A stretch of DNA of 63,994 nt, filler included, from Dimargaris cristalligena (lineage: Eukaryota), in NCBI GenBank assembly GCA_003614675.1. It is 3 parts of 3 records of this genome, joined end to end, with 100 filler letters (N's around TTAATTAATTAA, not from the genome) between each part and the next. Parts side by side here need not be neighbours in the genome. Positions count along the whole stretch, not along the records: positions 1 to 22,076 come from ML002642.1; 2 more parts are not named here. One strand, 5' to 3'. Made by a program: the position numbers and the translations under genes. Under the pieces are notes generated by a model. The model was not told where the DNA came from, ran no database searches, and saw only the letters and a list, made by a program, of their open reading frames with translations. The first letter of the stretch is position 1, and each line of letters begins with the position of its first letter. Shown here in pieces: positions 1 through 13,466 of this stretch.

Positions 1-1336
1 GAAGTCCGTTGTCTTCGGGCGATGACCAGCCGTTGGGACCCATTATAGTAAAATGTTAAAATACAAGCTAATGCTTAATAGAAGCTGGTAATAATACTAG
101 CAATGATACAAATAAGTTTTAAAAAAACGCCTGTAATAGGAAACAACGGACATGGTGGCCATTGTTTCTAGTTTATATACCTTGCTTGAGGCCTAATCCG
201 ACCCTCTACTGCCCACACCAGAGTATAAAATGAGGTGCTTCCCATGAAACAGCAGGTAATCAGGCATCTGGGAAAAGTATCCACCGAACCCCCTAAAAAA
301 ACGGTGCAAATCACTGTGGGGTCTTCCAGCTACCGAGTATGGGCTGGCCAAGGTCATCCCCCATTCGGCCACCTAGTCAATAGCCTGTTTCATAAAATAG
401 TAAATGCCAGCATGCCTCACAGTAGAAGAGGGCTATTCCCTCTCCTCTGCTATGGGGGCTGGGCTTCATTAATTCCCAGTTTTACAAAGGAAAGATATTG
501 TATTCACCCATAGCCAACCCCATGCCTCTATAGTTGATGTAGTCGACCACTTTTGTTTAATAATTTTAGAACCTACTGCCATTATCTACAAAAACCCACA
601 GTCCGTTTAAATACATCTTCTTTTGGTCATACAAGGCCTATTATACCTTACGTGATGAATATATCTATTATCCCCTGGAAATTAGTTTCCGTCCACTGGT
701 ACACCTAGTAAATCCTTCTGCACATTGCCTGTTCAGTGTTCGACAGCTTCTTTAGCCTATTGTGTTGTTACCAGTTAGGCGGCCGCACCGAATCTTCCCT
801 TTATCGACCCCCCCCATTAGCGGTTAATCTAACGCCATACATAGTTAGTACTGTTTTGTTGCATTTTCGCAATTTATATGCTCCTATGGCTAATAACAGA
901 TGTGGTCTGCATGTTTTCATATTAAATTATCGATAATAAATTAAATGGAGTGCCTTGCTTTTACCGGCCGAGGGACAGCACTGGCCGTAGATACGAATTA
1001 CCAGTCTCCTTCCCAGGCCCATCGCATAATTATCGGCGGATATCCCCCCTGACCAGACTACCCTGATAATATGGTATGCTACGCGGCATTTAGAAATTAT
1101 AAAGAGAGCCCCATCTTATGTATACCAATGGTGAATATTAGTATGCTAAGACGACACTCTGTAAATCTCATTAAGATAATTCATTGTCGGCGTATTGAAT
1201 ATCAAGTATACGTGCATTTTAGATACTTCAAGTGGTGCTAGAATTGCCTATAAATTTTACTTATAGCATAAGCCAGAAGACTCCTCAATTTTTTTATTTT
1301 TTTTAAAAAAAATAAATAAAAACATACCAAAAATAA

Positions 1337-3799
1337 TTAGACGGATTGTTCGGATGAACCTGAAATCTCCGTTGCTTTGCGGAGTCGGTAGCGGCGGACG
1401 GTATCTCTAAAGAGTTGGGTAGCGGGTACCCGGGCCTTCAGCTTATTACACAATAAAAAGGCCCCGGAGAGTTTACGATGTAGACTGTACGTTTCCTCGG
1501 GGGGCGGGGTGAGGCGGTGTTCCAGCATGTAAGGTATATTTTTCTCCACGCGTTTGATCACGGTCTGTTGACCAAAGGCGTAGAGGGGCAGGTCCGAAGT
1601 AGGGCCCTGCTTGGCCCCCGTTTGGAAGAATGGTTCACCCAAGGCGAGCACGGAATCCACGTGGATATCGGTCATTTGCTTCGTTTCGTAGCCCGTGAGG
1701 AAGCCCAATTCCTGCGAGTAGTGGCGGCATTGGTCCCGGTCGCCTCGGGACGCGGCCTCCAGGACGGCTAGGTACAAATCGGTGAACCGGTCATCAAATT
1801 CCCGGCTGGCCCCGAAGTCCAATAGGCCGATGCGGTGGGTGGCTGGGTCGTAGAGAAAATTGCTCCAGTTGGGGTCGGTTTGCATGAATTGGAAATCAAA
1901 GATTTCTCGAAGGCTGAGATCGAGGATTTTGGTTCCAACCTGATAGAAGGGAAGATACCAAACGGAATAGGGGTAATACAGGCGAAACCGTATTAGTAAT
2001 GCCGAAGTGAAAATGTGGATATTGTTATTCATCGTGGTTTTGATGGATCTAAAGTACGATGTGATTATTTTTTTTGATCGACTTACCCAGTCTCTAGTGG
2101 CCTGGTCCATCTCAGCTACCTCGGTGATCGAAACGCCCTTCAATAGTTCGGTAGTCAGGACTTTGGCGGTAGAGCGCTCCGGGATTACAATAGGTACGAT
2201 AAAGTCTGGATCCTCCCGCAACAATTCGCGGAACCGATCAATACACCGGGCTTCCCGAACGTAGTCGGTTTCCCATTTAAGTTCCCGCTGGGATACCCGG
2301 ATAGTATTATCCAGGTAGAGGCCCTTGGGCAAAAAATTACCCATGATCAACAGGGTTCGCAGGTTGTCCAAATCATTGTCGATGGAGTCGGCTACCCCCG
2401 GGTACTGCACTTTAACAGCCACGGGGACCGTCTGATCCGCGCCACTGCTTTCGGGACCCGTGGTCGGTGGGATTGAAGCGCGGGCTTCCAGGAGTTTCAC
2501 GTCGGCAGGGGCTAACCCCAACTCTGACCCAAGATCAATAAATCCGACATGGACCTGGCCGATGGAGGCTGCTGCAAACGGCACGTCCGTGAACTGAGTA
2601 TACCCACTCCGCCATTCTGGACCTAACTCGTCGGTCATGACTTTAGTCATCTGGCGGATAGGCATATAATTGGCACTTTTCTGGACCCGATTCAGAATTC
2701 GGGCCAGGTCGGGGGATAACGCGTGGTTGTCTTGGATACTCAACATTTGGCCTAATTTCAGGGCGGCCCCCCGCATTTGGGATAGCTTGTTCACGAGCCG
2801 ATCTACATTAGCCCGGCTGACGAATGCTGAGCCTTGCTCGCTGGAAAGACCGACGGCGCGCTTGACATTTTCGGAGAGAGCACCCAAACCAATGCCGGCG
2901 GCGAGCGCTACATAACCGTAAACGGAGGCAGGGGGTTCCCCGATAAAAAATATGGTTTGTAAATAGGTAGTAAAGAATCGGGCGGTCAAGAAATATTAGA
3001 AAACTGGTGATCCCCGGGGTACGCCCTGTGTATATATGGGCTATATAGTACTGACGTGTCCCATGCTAGATAACACGGGGCCAACAAAAAGGTCGGTCGA
3101 GGAATGGGCTACCAGTAGCCCGGTTTACTTACAGCCATAATGGAAGAGACGACCAGTTCGAGAAGCCGGCATCCGGGCCTCGCGGAGTGTGGGTATAGGC
3201 TGAACATTTTCAAAGTAGTATCATCGTGACCAAGCAATGTAACGACGAGTTAGCGATTGGGTTATGGAGTTAAACCAAGGAGATTGATCCGAGGATTGCA
3301 CAGCCGTATTTGACAGTACGAAACGTGGTTGGAAAATAATCTATAGGTTTACCTCTACCGGGGTGCTAGGGGCGGCTTCGGGGTGGTCCAGGGCGGCTTC
3401 AGCGGCTGCTGGGAGTGGCGCAGGCATAGTGTCGTTTGCCTGAAGGGGCCTGGCAACCTGCTCATGGCGACGTGGGGGGTCAGAATGGACCGATTCCTTC
3501 ACGAAGCCACTGTGCGAATCAGGGGTGGGGTGAATGGGAGAAGCGGCCTCGGCTGGTTGGGGAGCCGTCCCTAAGTCAGTGTGAGGCTGGTTATTAGAGT
3601 AGGACGAATGCGGTGGTGGAGAGCCCGGCGAAGGGGTGACATGAATCGACGGTTCGACCTTGGTCGGATCGGCTGTAAAAAGCGAAGACGACCGGTAAAT
3701 GTATTCCGCCTGGCGTACGTGCAGCCGGGCGTACTGTTTGAAAAACCCGGCCGTTGCTCGGAGCAGTATGGCTGTATCGGCTAGCCGTTGGGAGCTCAT
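1337..3799 (-). CDS. COQ8: Atypical ABC1/UbiB kinase COQ8 (coenzyme Q biosynthesis); exons ~3799-3353, 3199-3133, 2907-2087, 1939-1337
   Basis: Motifs ASRTGRLFHYG, KLSQMRGAALKLGQMLS, FAAASIGQVH, VAVKVQYPGV, MQTDPNWSNF, LLDFGA and PPPEETYSLHRKLSGAFLLC. Canonical GT..AG introns keep the frame. Confidence 0.95.
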
Positions 3800-4436
3800 G
3801 TCGTATTTAAAATAGAGAAGAAGAGGGGGGGAAATGGGACTAACTTGAATACCGGAAATTCAGGTACAGACTTGGGAGTTGAGGGGGTAGAATCTGGGGG
3901 TAACATTTAACCAAACTGGGTAGGCAACTGTCAGTTGGCGCTATGACCTCCACTCGATACCCTCCTTTCTCTCAAATCAATCTGTCTTATAAGCTTCTAA
4001 ATTAACATCCCACATATTGGCAGTAATTCAACTATTGGGGCTATTCGACAAGTATGTATTCCGCGCTACCGCAGTGGTTGGGATGACTTATCAAACGAAT
4101 GGCAGGGATACGGTTTAAGAAACCAACCAACTAATTCCAGCCCCTCTGATACTCCTACAATGGTGCCACAAATGGCTGCATCTTGGTGCAGTACCTCGCC
4201 ATACCCATAATAAATCAACACCCGAGTCACGATGAACGGAAGCCAAGGCACTTGGTGTAGTAAATAATACATTGAGTTTTATAAGAAAATAATGGTACTG
4301 GAAGCAGCATTGCAGGTACTTTGGGGTTTAAGCGGGGAGGGACGTTAGTCACCCAACTGGATCTGGCCAAGCTGTGTAACTCCTCAGTTTAGTCACACCA
4401 ACGATGAAAAGGAGGGGTACAAGCCCCCCATTCCCA

Positions 4437-6962
4437 TTAGAGAGCGTTGGTTCCCCAATGGGCCACCAGAGGGGGGCAGTCGGGGTATTTTAGGACCGCT
4501 TCCTCTATATGACTGGGCTCCAAGAGTAACTGCACCATGGTAAATTCCTTTAGAATATTGGAGGATGCCAAACGAGAACCGCCACCAGCGGTACTCATGA
4601 TACTACTGGAGGCCCGCAGGTGGGGGTCATTCTCCAAATTACCCCCACTCTCGAGGGGCCGAATAAGTTCCAAGGCCAGCAGGTGTTCAAAAGCCTTGAG
4701 CGCGACTGCTTTTTTATATAGCTTCATGCCGCTACCCGAGACGGAACCACTGCGGCCCATGAGGGTTTTGTACTCGTCATAGACCATCTCGAAATTGAAC
4801 TTGATGATTCCTTGGTCAAGATACTGTTTCATCGCAATGATGAGGCATAGTTCCAGCAGGGAGATATCTGAAGTGCGAGGGCGGGGAATAAGTATTGCGA
4901 GAAAAGATAGGTTATTAGAAACCCCGTTCACATAATTGTAATAGCAGTCGAGATTGGAGCTGAGGAAACTCCGGTAGGAACCAAGAGTCGATGGGCCGAA
5001 ATACGGGGTTATTTGGTAATGGTAAAATAAGCAGCATTGCCTTACCTTGAATTGTCTCAATCTTCATGTCCACAAGTTGATCAGCGACTGATGCTTGGAA
5101 AATGTCCAAGCGTAGGTAGGGAGAATCGGCATCCAAAGCAGCAACCATTGGTATCTAACATAATCGAGAGCATAAAGCAAAGACGCGCCAATAATTGATG
5201 ATTAAAAAAATTTCACCAACAGAAATTATAAGCCACCAGATTTTCTAAATACCTAATCAAAGTCAACCGGGTTAGATCAGAACCACACGATAGAGTAATA
5301 ACTAACCACCTACCAGAATACGGTGTAGACTTGAAATATCCCGGAAGAAATCGAACTGCCGGCGGAGCAGTCTCACGAAGTCGGAATGTTCGAATAATTG
5401 CTACTCGGTGAGAATGGTGAAGGGTATAGAGTTGGTTGATTTCAGTATCGTCGGTTTTAAATGAGACATCTCGAAGCAGACCTTCTAGATAGAGTGCGTA
5501 TTGACCTTTCAGCCCAACGACTATCACCGCATATTTAAGCACAAAAAGGCACATAGTTTCAGAGAAGACCTCTCTACTAAGGTCCAAACTTACCGATACC
5601 ACTGCATTAAAATCAGTGCGGTAGGGCGTGGAAGCTATTTTCCGATTCCGTGAGTCATGGATACCCACCTCCAAGGCATTCCGGGCCACCTGTAGGTAAG
5701 ATTTAAATTGGGCGGGTGGGTACACCGAGATTTGCCGGTGCGAAAACCGACTTTTGACCCGTTTCTCGAGCAGCTCCACGGCATCCAGCCGGGGGGTTAT
5801 CCCGAATACCGCCATGGGCTGCGGCTGACTTTGCACCAAGTCGAACAAGGTATATAGTAGGGTCTGTTTAGGGTGCTGGGTAAACAAATCAAACTCGTCC
5901 AATATAAAAATCAAGGGGGTGCCAGTTCGGTCGCCGCCTTGAAGTACGGCTAAGAGATGGAGTAGAGTCTCGGCAAAGGTTCGCTTGGGTTGCTGGCGAA
6001 GGTTCGAGCGGTTGGCCGGGTCGTCGTCGCCATCTTCTTCGTCACCGGAAGGACCTAGGTCGGCATCCAATTGCGAGACTAAACTAGCTCGGCCGGACGA
6101 TCCACTGTCTAATTGAAGAGCAATTTCCCGTAGGGAAGACCGGTCGTCGGTATGGATAAGGCCATTGAGATGTATGACTTTGAATGGGTGGTTTTGTTCA
6201 GAGACCATTTGGAGGGCCTGCTTCACAATCTATTTTTAGGTGGATCATATGTGGTAGTTGTTTGGATTAAGTATGGGAATTGGTTCAGAAAAGGCATGCC
6301 CATTCCTGAGGCACAATTTAAGGAGGATTGTGCGGAGCCCCTGGGTGATGCATGGCCAAGGAATACAGTAGTGCGGCAGCAACTGTAAATGAGTTTTTAT
6401 TGCAGTAAACTGATTGTAGTTGAATATTAAACTTACCGCCGATTTACCTGAGCCCCGTTGGCCTACTATTAGTGCGGAATTGCTCTCAGATTGGATCACG
6501 GTTTTCTCTACGAGGCTGAGCACTTTGCTAATGATATTGACATTAGTGCCGGTAACATCCGTAAGGGATGGGTTTAATACAGGTTGACAATATATAAGTT
6601 CGGAGGTGAGCATTACTAGTTGTATTCATTATTGTTTTGCATTAACATTACTATTTGAACAATACTATTCGGTAACAGGGAGTTGAGCCTAGGATAGAAA
6701 CTACCCTTTCTAACAAAGAAGACGTTGTAACCACGGGTAGAAAAAGGGCGTACCTGCAGGGTTCCTCCACGTCCAAAAGGGCTTTCGGCGGTGTGCGCTG
6801 GGTAAGCACATTCATGATTTCATTGCGGGTGCCTTGAACCCAGCTCGGCCCTTTGACCGGTGGCAGGGCGTACAGGGGCGTTGCGGTGGCCTCGACCGCC
6901 TGCGTTCCGGCACGGGAGACATGCGACAGGTCAGTGTCAACGTCGTCAATATCCATTAACAT
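4437..6962 (-). CDS. ORC4: Origin recognition complex subunit 4 (AAA+); exons ~6962-6754, 6527-6437, 6229-5594, 5400-5314, 5154-5046, 4867-4437
   Basis: ESNSALIVGQRGSGKS (Walker A), LNGLIHTDD, FILDEFDLFTQHPKQTLLYTLFD, ELLEKRVKSRFSHR and the C-terminal LLELCLIIAM...KAFEHL winged-helix region. Splice phases are consistent. The start could be 6962 or 6956. Confidence 0.93.
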
Positions 6963-8939
6963 GTTGACCAAGTGTGTCCAGTAGACTAGGCGACGGGGGC
7001 TGGAAGGTGGTTCACAAAAAGAAAAGGGGAGTAGGTTGAATGAAGAACAGGGAAATGGCTAGACTGAGTAGGAGTCCCAGTATAAACGGTCTGTTGTGAA
7101 TTCAAGGCCACTACCACATACGGTGCCGCTTCTTCTGAAGGGACCCTTGGAACATCCTAACCAATAACTAAGATTGTGTTCCCATTCGTGTAGAGATCTA
7201 CCATGGGATATAAAATAACATTGGCTTCACCCACTATATCTAATGAGGGCATTTCGGGATTTCAACCACGTGAGGTATTTTAAAGGCTATTTTATCTCCT
7301 GCTCTGTATTTTCTTGGGATCGGAGAGGTGCATCGGTGGAATTACGGCCACCAACAGCACTTGGGTAGAACAGTTGCCGGATTGGGGAAACGGCACAACT
7401 GCCAGGGTGTCAGCTGGTGACATCAATGCCCTCCATTTCCCCAAATGGGCCAAGCCGCTTATAACTTCCTATCGGGGACCATCAGAAGTCACAGATGCTA
7501 TCTCTTCTCTATGTAGACCTGCTTAAAAACCTCCACTGCGTTTAATGGGACAGGCCCCATTGCGGTAAAATCTCATTTAGCCTTATTAGCTGGCAGATTA
7601 CCATATTTAGGCCACCAGAATAACGGTTAGTCTTTGCCACTCAGCTTTACTATAGAAGTCGTAAGCGAAAACCGCCCCCGTTATTCGACCCAAAGCGGAA
7701 CGATTCCCTGAGGTAAATTACCAACACAATACTTTAATATAGGAAATACGTGTGCACCCCCTTCTTCCCGTTTTTTTACTCCCCCACCCCTAAAATAGCG
7801 TGGGTCATGAATGTCAATAATTACAAACCGAGGCGGACAGCCTAAGGTCAACCATCCTTTTGGAGGTGACCATGGGCAATCCCTTTAATTGGATAAAAGC
7901 TCCAAGCGGCACGAGGGTATGTGTACCGACAAACGATGGTGGCTGGACGAGCGAAGGGGGGAGGACACTTGGCGATGCGGCTCACAATTGTATAAGCTAA
8001 ACCTATTTATGGGGAAGGGGAAAGGGAGCGCCCCTGAGGCAAAAGTGGAGCCATTTGGACTTGGTTAATGGCGGCACATTAGGTCGCTCACTGGAAAGCT
8101 CGTCCAATCATTTTTCTATAACTGTTCCAGAGGAGGTCGCACAAAGTGCCACAAAACGACAGGATGAGTAGGCGAAAAAAAGGACGAGGAAGCGACTGGG
8201 CGTATAGTTCGTTTAAATAATGGGGGAAGGGTGTGGTTCCCGTCCCCTCATTAAGCTACTTGGGCGGTCTAAAATGTCCATCGTGAGGATAGGGCCGGGA
8301 TATCCAAATAGCTGGCGAGTTGCGGAACTGTAAAGAATTGCCGTACAAATTGGCTGATTTCCAAGTCTGTGTTCCCCCATTATTGGTTTACCAATTAGGC
8401 ATTATCACTCTCTCCCTTTCTTCCCCCACCGAGTCCCTCATTGTTGGGGCGTATTTAATAGCCAGACCCCCCGCCCCCTCGGCCGTTTCACATCTTCTTT
8501 GCTTCCAATGTCGCTTAAAAATACCGAAAACTAACCCACCTTTGTCCCGAGGTTACCTATTTTCCTTTTTAGAGTCTGCCTATCAGCACCTCATCTGTAT
8601 CATTTTCTATACTAATTAATATGTCCATCGAGTCACCCTGTATCTATCATTTGTACGTATTAACGAGCGTTTTGGTTTAATTTTTGCCCGATTGTGCCTA
8701 TTTTTTAACGGTTTATTGAACGAACCGGCACCCACGCCAGCTTTTACCACAGCCTCCCCTTTTCTCTAAATCATTTTACCTTTATTTGGCCTCTCAATAA
8801 TAACTGGACATTACATTTCACCCACAATTATCTTTAAAGCATTCTGTTGGCCCGGGACGCTTAAATACTACACCTGCGCGCCTTCTACACATCCTTATTT
8901 CTATACCCCCCTCCTACCATTGTAAATCTTCCTATAAAA

Positions 8940-9905
8940 ATGATGCCCTACGTTGCACTGCTGCTCTTGGTAGCATTTTTGAAATACGATATTCCAGTCA
9001 CCACCAACGACAGCCAATTCACCAATTTCCTGCAGCAACTCGTCACCACTCCCGTCCCCGACCAACTGGTCATTCCCAAACTCGGCTCCCCCCTCAGTTA
9101 CATTTCCTCTATTCGACCCATTGACCAAGAACTCCTCCACGAACTGTTCATTTGGCGCAACTATGCCTCCGCGTCCTACAAGGACGATGCCGACCAATGG
9201 AGCTGCGAAATCTGCCTCCGACCCCCGCTGTCGGCCACCATGTTAACCATGATGGTGGAAAACCCCGAATCATCGTGTCGGGCCGTCGTCACCGTCAACC
9301 CTAAACTGCGCGTCATTAATGTGGCGTTTCGGGGCACCCAGGGCTTACGGGGTTTCCAGGCCGATTTTACGGCCAATTTAGTACCCTGGCCCGCCAACCA
9401 AAGTCGGACTCATGCCCATTTGGGGTTTACATCGACTTATTCGAGTATTGCCCCCTCAGTCCTCAAGATCCTGGGTCTCTATGCCCAGTCGTTTCCCGAT
9501 TACGCTATTGTTTTGGTGGGCCATTCGCTCGGTGGGGCGCAGGCAGCGGTCATGGCGGTCGATTTAATTTACCACCACCCCGAATGGATCAGTCGCCTGG
9601 AGTTGTATATGTTTAATCCCCCGCGCCCGGGCGACCACGCCATGGCCCAGCTCATTCTGCAAAAGGGCATCAAGGCCTACCGGGTGATTAACCACAAGGA
9701 TAAGGTGTCGTCCATGCCGCCCCGCAAGTCCGGCTATAGTCATGTGGGCAAGGAGGTGTGGATCAAGAGCCACGATACCACCTTGCTGTGTGATACTAAT
9801 ATGGCGAACACGGAGAATCCGCGGTGTAGCTTATTCTGGCCCCGGCGGAACCCCTACCGGTCTCCCCTGGAGGAACATTCAGACTTTTGGGGGGTTCGTA
9901 TGTAA
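8940..9905 (+). CDS. Secreted class-3 (Rhizomucor-type) lipase, intronless
   Basis: Hydrophobic N-terminal signal, VAFRGT, GHSLGGA nucleophile elbow, DKVSSMP (Asp), YSHVGKEVWI and C-terminal EHSDFWG (His). Confidence 0.9.
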   Translation: MMPYVALLLLVAFLKYDIPVTTNDSQFTNFLQQLVTTPVPDQLVIPKLGSPLSYISSIRPIDQELLHELFIWRNYASASYKDDADQWSCEICLRPPLSATMLTMMVENPESSCRAVVTVNPKLRVINVAFRGTQGLRGFQADFTANLVPWPANQSRTHAHLGFTSTYSSIAPSVLKILGLYAQSFPDYAIVLVGHSLGGAQAAVMAVDLIYHHPEWISRLELYMFNPPRPGDHAMAQLILQKGIKAYRVINHKDKVSSMPPRKSGYSHVGKEVWIKSHDTTLLCDTNMANTENPRCSLFWPRRNPYRSPLEEHSDFWGVRM

Positions 9906-10597
9906 TAACATCGATTAGATTGACAATATGCGATTATAAAATAAAGTAACTTACGAAGCAGTCTACGGGCTCTTGTGAAGACAAGCGGGGCGGGAGGATG
10001 TTCTTTTTCTAGTGGATACTTGTCGAAAAGGTGGGTAATACAATAATAATAATAGAAACCAATAGACGGAACTGGAGACCAGTAATGTAGCTCGTCATAG
10101 GTTCAGCTTGCTTTCATGATTTTGTAAATGGAAATGGTGGTGGTGGATAAATCACCAAGCCTCGCCAGCTAAGTTAAACTATATCACGTGATAAACGTGA
10201 ATAGTGGAAGTATTCCGTTTTTCCAGCTTACTACTTGAAGCCTTCGGTTGAGTTTTGGGGAAGGCGAAACGAAGTGAATTTATTAACTAGGCCATGTAGC
10301 AAAACGATAATCTAGGGAAGGCGGTATATTAGCCAAGCGAAGAGCCCCCCCCCCTTAGGAAGCCAAGCAATAGACCTGGCTTGGGATTTAAGGCACGCTA
10401 TATTTTTTTTTGCTCCTGCTCATTACTGAACTCGCTACTTTATCCTCCATTTGCATTTTTCAGCTGACACTTTTTGCAAAATCGCATTCTTCAATCCTAG
10501 CATTCACTATCAGTTTTGCGTCAATTTCATCCTTGCCATTATATATATACGTATACTTCATTAACCAGCCTTTTATTTAACTAGCCACACTTCAATA

Positions 10598-11973
10598 ATG
10601 GCTCTCGATAGACAGCACGACTCCAAACTCAAGTTCGAGACGAGCGAGGACGTCAAAATTGTGTCCCGGTTCGACCAAATGGGTCTCAAGGATGACCTCC
10701 TTCGTGGTATCTTTGCTTACAGTAAGTCTGGACCATAAGTTTTTTTTTAGAATGTACAACCATATATAGTCTACCTTAAACCTCCCCCTAATGCCGCCAC
10801 TATCTCAACCGCGGGACCAATACTATATTACAGTATTAACCATACTGTTCCCTTTTGTAACCAAATTGCGTTTTCCATGGAATCCCTTCCCGTCACTCCA
10901 CTCTAGACTTTGAACGGCCATCGGCTATCCAGCAACGTGCCATTACACCCATCAAGCGCGGCCGGGACGTGATCGCCCAAGCGCAGTCGGGTACGGGTAA
11001 GACGGCCACCTTTTCGATTGGTATTCTCCAGTCGGTGGACACCAGTGTCCGGGACACCCAGGCCATTGTCCTGGCCCCGACCCGTGAACTGGCCACCCAG
11101 ATCCAGAGCGTTATTATGGCGCTCGGCGACTACATGAACATCCAGTCCCACGCCTGCATCGGTGGTACCCGCGTCGGCGAGGATCTCAAAAAGCTCGACC
11201 ACGGTCAGCATATCGTGACGGGTACCCCCGGGCGAATCATCGACGTGCTCAAGCGCGGCAACCTCCGGACGCGCCACTTGAAAATGCTGGTGCTGGACGA
11301 AGCGGACGAACTACTCAACAAGGGATTCAAAGAACAAATCTACGACATTTACCGCTACCTCCCCCCGGGCACGCAGGTGGTACTCCTCAGCGCTACGCTA
11401 CCGCCCGATGTGCTCGACCTGACCAAAAAATTCATGACGGACCCCATCCGGATTCTCGTCAAACGCGATGAAATCACGCTCGAAGGGATCAAACAATTCT
11501 TCGTGGCCGTCGAAAAGGAAGAGTGGAAATTCGATACGTTGTGCGACCTCTACGACACCCTTACCATCACGCAGGCCGTCATTTTCTGCAATTCCCGGCG
11601 TAAGGTGGACTGGCTGACGGCCAAGATGCGCGAAGCCAATTTTACCGTCGCTGCCATGCACGGGGAAATGCCCCAGCGGGAACGCGACGCGATCATGCAG
11701 GAATTCCGGCAGGGGGCCAGTCGGGTACTAATTACCACCGATGTGTGGGCCCGCGGTATTGATGTCCAACAGGTGTCGCTGGTCATCAATTACGATTTGC
11801 CGATTAACCGGGAAAATTATATTCATCGCATTGGTCGGTCGGGTCGGTTCGGTCGCAAGGGTGTGGCCATTAACTTTGTGCGGAACGAAGATGTCAAGAC
11901 GCTCCGGGAGATTGAGCAATACTATAGTACGCAGATTGACGAAATGCCCATGAACGTGACGGATTTGGTTTAA
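10598..11973 (+). CDS. FAL1: DEAD-box helicase eIF4A-III/Fal1 (exon junction complex); exons 10598-10721, 10907-11973
   Basis: [27 protein letters not shown], the eIF4A3-type [14 protein letters not shown] and [23 protein letters not shown]. Confidence 0.96.
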
Positions 11974-13466
11974 ACGTGGTAGTGGAAGGGTTGGTCTGTT
12001 TTTTATTATTTTTATTTTGGTACTATGAGTGGCTGATAGCTCAGCCCTACTTCGACGTGCGCTTGGCGGGAATGGCTCGGCTAGGTTGCTTGCCTATAAT
12101 TATGCTACGCAGGTCTGTTGAAATATGGAATAAATGAAAATCTAGCATGTTGAATATAAATTCTCTCATTCACATCCCATACTATCGGCATTATACTTAC
12201 ACATTGAATGGTGGCTGTTTGTCCCGGTAAATCATGGGAGACAGTGGGTGTGTGGGGGTGGTTGGTAATATCAAGGTCATTGGTATGGGAGATTCACCCA
12301 GTATGACATGTTTCGCCCTATCGGGCAATGGTAGCGAAGGTTCGGGGTTGAATGGGCCAAGAGATACCTGCCGTTGAAGCTGAGACTTACATCACCTTAA
12401 AGTAAAGTACAGCGCGTCTCTGAAGGCAGAGAAATGAGGGGTACGTCGGATAGGTCCCATCACGTGACTATGCTGGATAAAGGTAAACAAAAGCCAGGCC
12501 ATTCCTTCTTTTTCGGGCCGGATGAGTTCCAAAATAAACACAGGCCTAGATCACCCCAAATGCCGATAGGATAATGACGGCTTTTTACCCTTCGCTACGT
12601 CGCACCGTTGAGTTCATTGGCAAACGGCTATACAGTGCGAGTGTGGTTTAACCTCCCCCCCCCCGTCTGAGCGGGTGCTGTTGCCTCACTACTAGCGCCC
12701 TCCATTTCCCTTAGATTTAGGCCGTTTAGTCATCGGAGTTTCATTTTATGCTTTCTTTGGCTAGGCTTCTACTAATGAATAGGGCCAACTCCCCAAAGTG
12801 AACATGGCGGGATAAAGTAGCCCTACATGGCGAAAACCTCCGAGAAAGCAACCCATACCGCTCACACTGACTGTACGGGGTTATTTAGTAGGGTAGGAGG
12901 AGGGGGGTTGTTTCCTATTACGACTACCTTTTGGTTCCCTTTTCACTCATTCACTTTGTCCATGTCTATAATAACCCCTTCCGCCCGTCTTCCTGTCCAG
13001 AACCCGCCCTTTAGAGCTCCCCAGTTTTTGGTTGCTTCCTTCGCATTCCCCCCTCCGTGAACCTGTTTATATATATATATATATATTAAAAAATTGGTTA
13101 ATTTCGGCGCTGCGTTGAATTCCACCAACGTGGAGCGATTCTCTACTTTCGGACAGCCTGCTACTTCACCCACAGCGTCCCTCCCCTTGTATAGCTTAAT
13201 ACCACTTTCCCCACGTCCTGTTAGCGTACTTACTCTTATTTCGACTTCTCTCGGGGCCTTCCGTACGCAGCTTGCCGGTGTTTTAATTTTTGGGGGTTTA
13301 CCCAGTGCCTGTTGTAACCACCAGTATAGCATACCATACTACACTAGTGACCCTCGCCTTCCCTTGACTAGTTCGGCCCGGCCAGCTTCCACCACGCTTC
13401 TTTAGTTAGACACACACTCACACACACATATATATATATACTTAGATAGATAGAAGTAAATATACT

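Noticed and set aside
1-43. Possible minus-strand gene start (MGPNGWSSPEDNGL) running off the window
   Set aside because: Only 14 codons are visible, which is insufficient evidence.
10185-12468. TCACGTGA E-box/Cbf1-like sites at ~10185 and ~12460 flanking FAL1
   Set aside because: Plausible bHLH sites, but too short to support a call from sequence alone.
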